Shown: piece after piece, positions 61,939-64,000 of the stretch
Numbering within the stretch: the first letter of the stretch is position 1
How the letters are laid out: every line of letters starts with the position of its first letter
Assembly: GCA_963778955.1 (NCBI GenBank)
Contig: CAVZWI010000001.1
Coordinates: forward strand, 285,582 to 349,581
DNA: 64,000 nucleotides
Reading direction: 5' to 3'
Source of the DNA: an uncultured Chloroflexia bacterium
Lineage (GTDB): Bacteria; Chloroflexota; Limnocylindria; Limnocylindrales; CSP1-4
Translations under genes and position numbers: made by a program
The notes under the pieces: generated by a model
What the model saw: the letters and a program-made list of their open reading frames with translations, nothing else
Database searches by the model: none
What the model was told of the DNA's origin: nothing

Positions 61939-63095
61939 TGCCGGACCGGCCGACCCATGGCGTTCCACGGCTGGGGCTGCTCGTGAACCCCATCGCCGGC
62001 CTGGGCGGACGCGTAGGCTTGAAGGGCACCGATGGGGCCGGCATGGCGGAACGCGCGCGGCAGCTGGGCGCCGTACCCCGAGCGACGGCCCGTGCGGCCA
62101 CCGCGCTGCGGCGGCTGGCCCAGACGTGGCCGACAGGACAGGCGCCTCCGATGCTCATCTGCGGTGTCGGGAGGATGGGGGCCACGGCAGCTGTGGGTGC
62201 CGGCTGGCCGCACCAGGCCCTGGGTGAACTTCGCGCCAAGACCACGGCCGATGACACACGATGGCTGGCGGCCGGACTGGCAGAGACGGTGGACCTGCTG
62301 CTATTCGCCGGCGGCGACGGCACGGCCCGCGACATCTGCGAGACCGTCGGTGACCAGCTGCCGGTCCTCGGCATCCCTGCCGGGGTGAAGATCCAATCGG
62401 CCGTGTTCGCCACCAGCCCCGGTGCCGCGGGCGAGGTGGCGTCCCACTACCTCGCCACGAGCGCACGCCGCACGCTGGAACGCGAGGTCCTGGACCTTGA
62501 CGAGGAGGCCTATCGAGCCGGCGACGTGCGGCCGCGGCTCCACGGATCCATGCGCGTCCCACAGGGCCGGCGCTTGCAGGCGCGCAAGAGCGCTGCTCCG
62601 GCTGGTGAGGCGTCGGCCCTGGCCTCGATCGCGGCCGAGATCGAGTCGCTGCTGCAGCCCGACCGGCGCTACATCCTGGGTCCCGGCACCACCACGCGCG
62701 CGCTGGCACGGCGGCTGGGGCTCGCCAAGACGCTGGTCGGGGTCGACGCCTTCCTCGTCGCGGCCGATGGGCCGCGACTGCTGGCCCGCGACGCGGCAGA
62801 GGCTGACCTGCGGACCATCGTGCGCGACGGTCCCACCGCCATCATCGTCACGCCCATCGGCGGCCAGGGCTTCCTCTTCGGTCGCGGCAACCAACCCATC
62901 TCGCCCGAGGTCATCCGCGCGGTCGGCCGTGAGGGCATCCTCGTGCTGGCCACGCCGGGCAAGCTGGCCGAGCTGGCCGGACGGCCGCTCCTGGTCGACA
63001 CCGGCGATGAGACGCTGGATCAGCGATTGGCGGGGCATCTCCGCGTCATCAGCGGGCGTGGCGAGCGTGCCATCGTCCGGGTCGAACCGGCATGA
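61938..63095 (+). CDS. ATP-NAD kinase family protein
   Basis: The GGDGT motif is present (LLLFAGGDGTARDI). Confidence 0.65.
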   Translation: MPDRPTHGVPRLGLLVNPIAGLGGRVGLKGTDGAGMAERARQLGAVPRATARAATALRRLAQTWPTGQAPPMLICGVGRMGATAAVGAGWPHQALGELRAKTTADDTRWLAAGLAETVDLLLFAGGDGTARDICETVGDQLPVLGIPAGVKIQSAVFATSPGAAGEVASHYLATSARRTLEREVLDLDEEAYRAGDVRPRLHGSMRVPQGRRLQARKSAAPAGEASALASIAAEIESLLQPDRRYILGPGTTTRALARRLGLAKTLVGVDAFLVAADGPRLLARDAAEADLRTIVRDGPTAIIVTPIGGQGFLFGRGNQPISPEVIRAVGREGILVLATPGKLAELAGRPLLVDTGDETLDQRLAGHLRVISGRGERAIVRVEPA

Positions 63096-63129
63096 GAGCC
63101 GGCATGAGAGTCGCCATGAGAGGAGAGAC

Positions 63130-63886
63130 ATGAGGATCGAAGACAAGCGCGCGCTCGTGACCGGCGCCGCGTCGGGCATGGGCAGGGCGATCGCGGAGCT
63201 GCTGGCGACCGAGGGTGCTGCCGTCGTGCTGGCTGACATCGACGCCGAGGCAGTCGAGCGGGTCGTGACCGGCATCGTCGCCTCGGGAGGCCGCGCGCTC
63301 GCCATCGGCTGTGATGTCGCCAGCAGCCCCGATGTGCAGCGCGCGGTGGACACGGCCGTGGCAGGCTTCGGGGGCCTGGACATCGTGGTCAACTGCGCCG
63401 GCATCATCCGCCGCGCCAGCGTCGTCGACACCACGCAAGGCGAGTGGATCGCGTCATGGCCGTCAACGTCGGCTCGGTCTTCCTGGCCGGCAAGCACGCC
63501 ATCCCGGCCATGGCCGCCGGCGGTGGTGGCTCCATCGTCAACATCAGCTCCGGCTGGGGCCTGAAGGGTGGTCCCGACGCCGCCAGCTACTGCGCTTCCA
63601 AGGCTGCCGTGGTCAACCTCACCCGCGCCATGGCCATCGACCACGGGCCGCAGGGCATCCGCGTCAACTGCATCTGCCCAGGGGACACCGACACGCCCAT
63701 GCTGCGTTCAGAAGCCCAGCAGCTGGGTCTCGATGAAGCGACGTTCCTCCGGGACTCCGCCGATCGCCCCCTGAGGCGCCTGGGCACCCCGCTGGACATC
63801 GCCGCAGCCGTCCTGTACCTGGTCTCCGATGATTCGGCCTGGGTGACCGGTTCGAATCCTCGTCGTCGACGGCGGCGGGCTGGCAT
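63130..63886 (+). pseudogene. SDR-family oxidoreductase (3-oxoacyl-ACP-reductase-like), two 1-bp frameshifts as sequenced
   Basis: The N-terminus reads MRIEDKRALVTGAASGMGRAIA...NCAGI. There are shifts at about 63447 (..QGEW|DRVMAVNVGSVFL..) and at about 63857. The second restores the canonical C-terminus ...VTGSNLVVDGGGLA*. Confidence 0.8.
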
Positions 63887-64000
63887 GACCGTACGCGATA
63901 CTTGGCGCCATGGCCTCACGTCCCCTCCGGTCCCCTGATCCCATCGCCCGAGGCAACACGTCCGACATCGTCGCCTGGACCAGGGAGACCGTGGTCAAGG

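Noticed and set aside
63845-63872. A tRNA-like T-loop motif GGTTCGAATCC
   Set aside because: It lies inside the SDR coding sequence (VTGSN...). The flanking bases cannot form a T-stem or acceptor stem, and there is no anticodon arm. It is a coincidental match.
5300-63886. Interpreting the many frameshifted genes as genuine pseudogenes of a decaying genome
   Set aside because: Each gene carries exactly one 1-bp indel and no other damage. The indels cluster at GATC contexts, and the affected genes include core functions. This pattern argues for a technical artefact. It remains formally possible and is listed under findings with the checks needed.

Overview
This 64 kb window looks like a high-GC (about 70%) chromosomal segment of an actinobacterium. 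The lineage call rests on a mycothiol-dependent maleylpyruvate-isomerase-family enzyme, an F420-dependent LLM oxidoreductase and PASTA domains, and it is an inference from family membership, not a database search. Coding is dense on both strands, and I found no rRNA, tRNA, CRISPR array or obvious mobile element. The dominant feature is a roughly 13 kb minus-strand carbohydrate/polyol catabolic operon (27073..40126). It runs from a SorC regulator through a SIS-domain protein, a Zn-ADH, a SAF-domain dehydrogenase, a FucI-like isomerase, a ribose-type ABC transporter, a URO-D-family protein, an FGGY kinase, a PfkB kinase and a second Zn-ADH to a mannitol-DH-family protein. A palindrome-rich tandem repeat array sits immediately upstream of it. 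The window also holds a glycyl-radical enzyme with its radical-SAM activase, mgtE, a RimK/desuccinylase/zinc-protease operon, a GH94 cellobiose phosphorylase, a flavin-transfer module (ferric-reductase-like protein, FMN-binding protein, ApbE), and a tightly overlapped operon of an ornithine-cyclodeaminase-family protein, a threonine-dehydratase-like protein and an aminotransferase. It ends with two-subunit glycine dehydrogenase genes (gcvPA and gcvPB). The most striking sequence-level observation is that at least 13 well-conserved genes are each interrupted by exactly one 1-bp indel. Ten of the 13 indels lie within 2 bp of a GATC motif. I read these as systematic sequencing or assembly artefacts, possibly at a modified motif, rather than real gene decay. 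Correcting one such indel also recovers a small gene with a strong ribosome-binding site (6164..6374).
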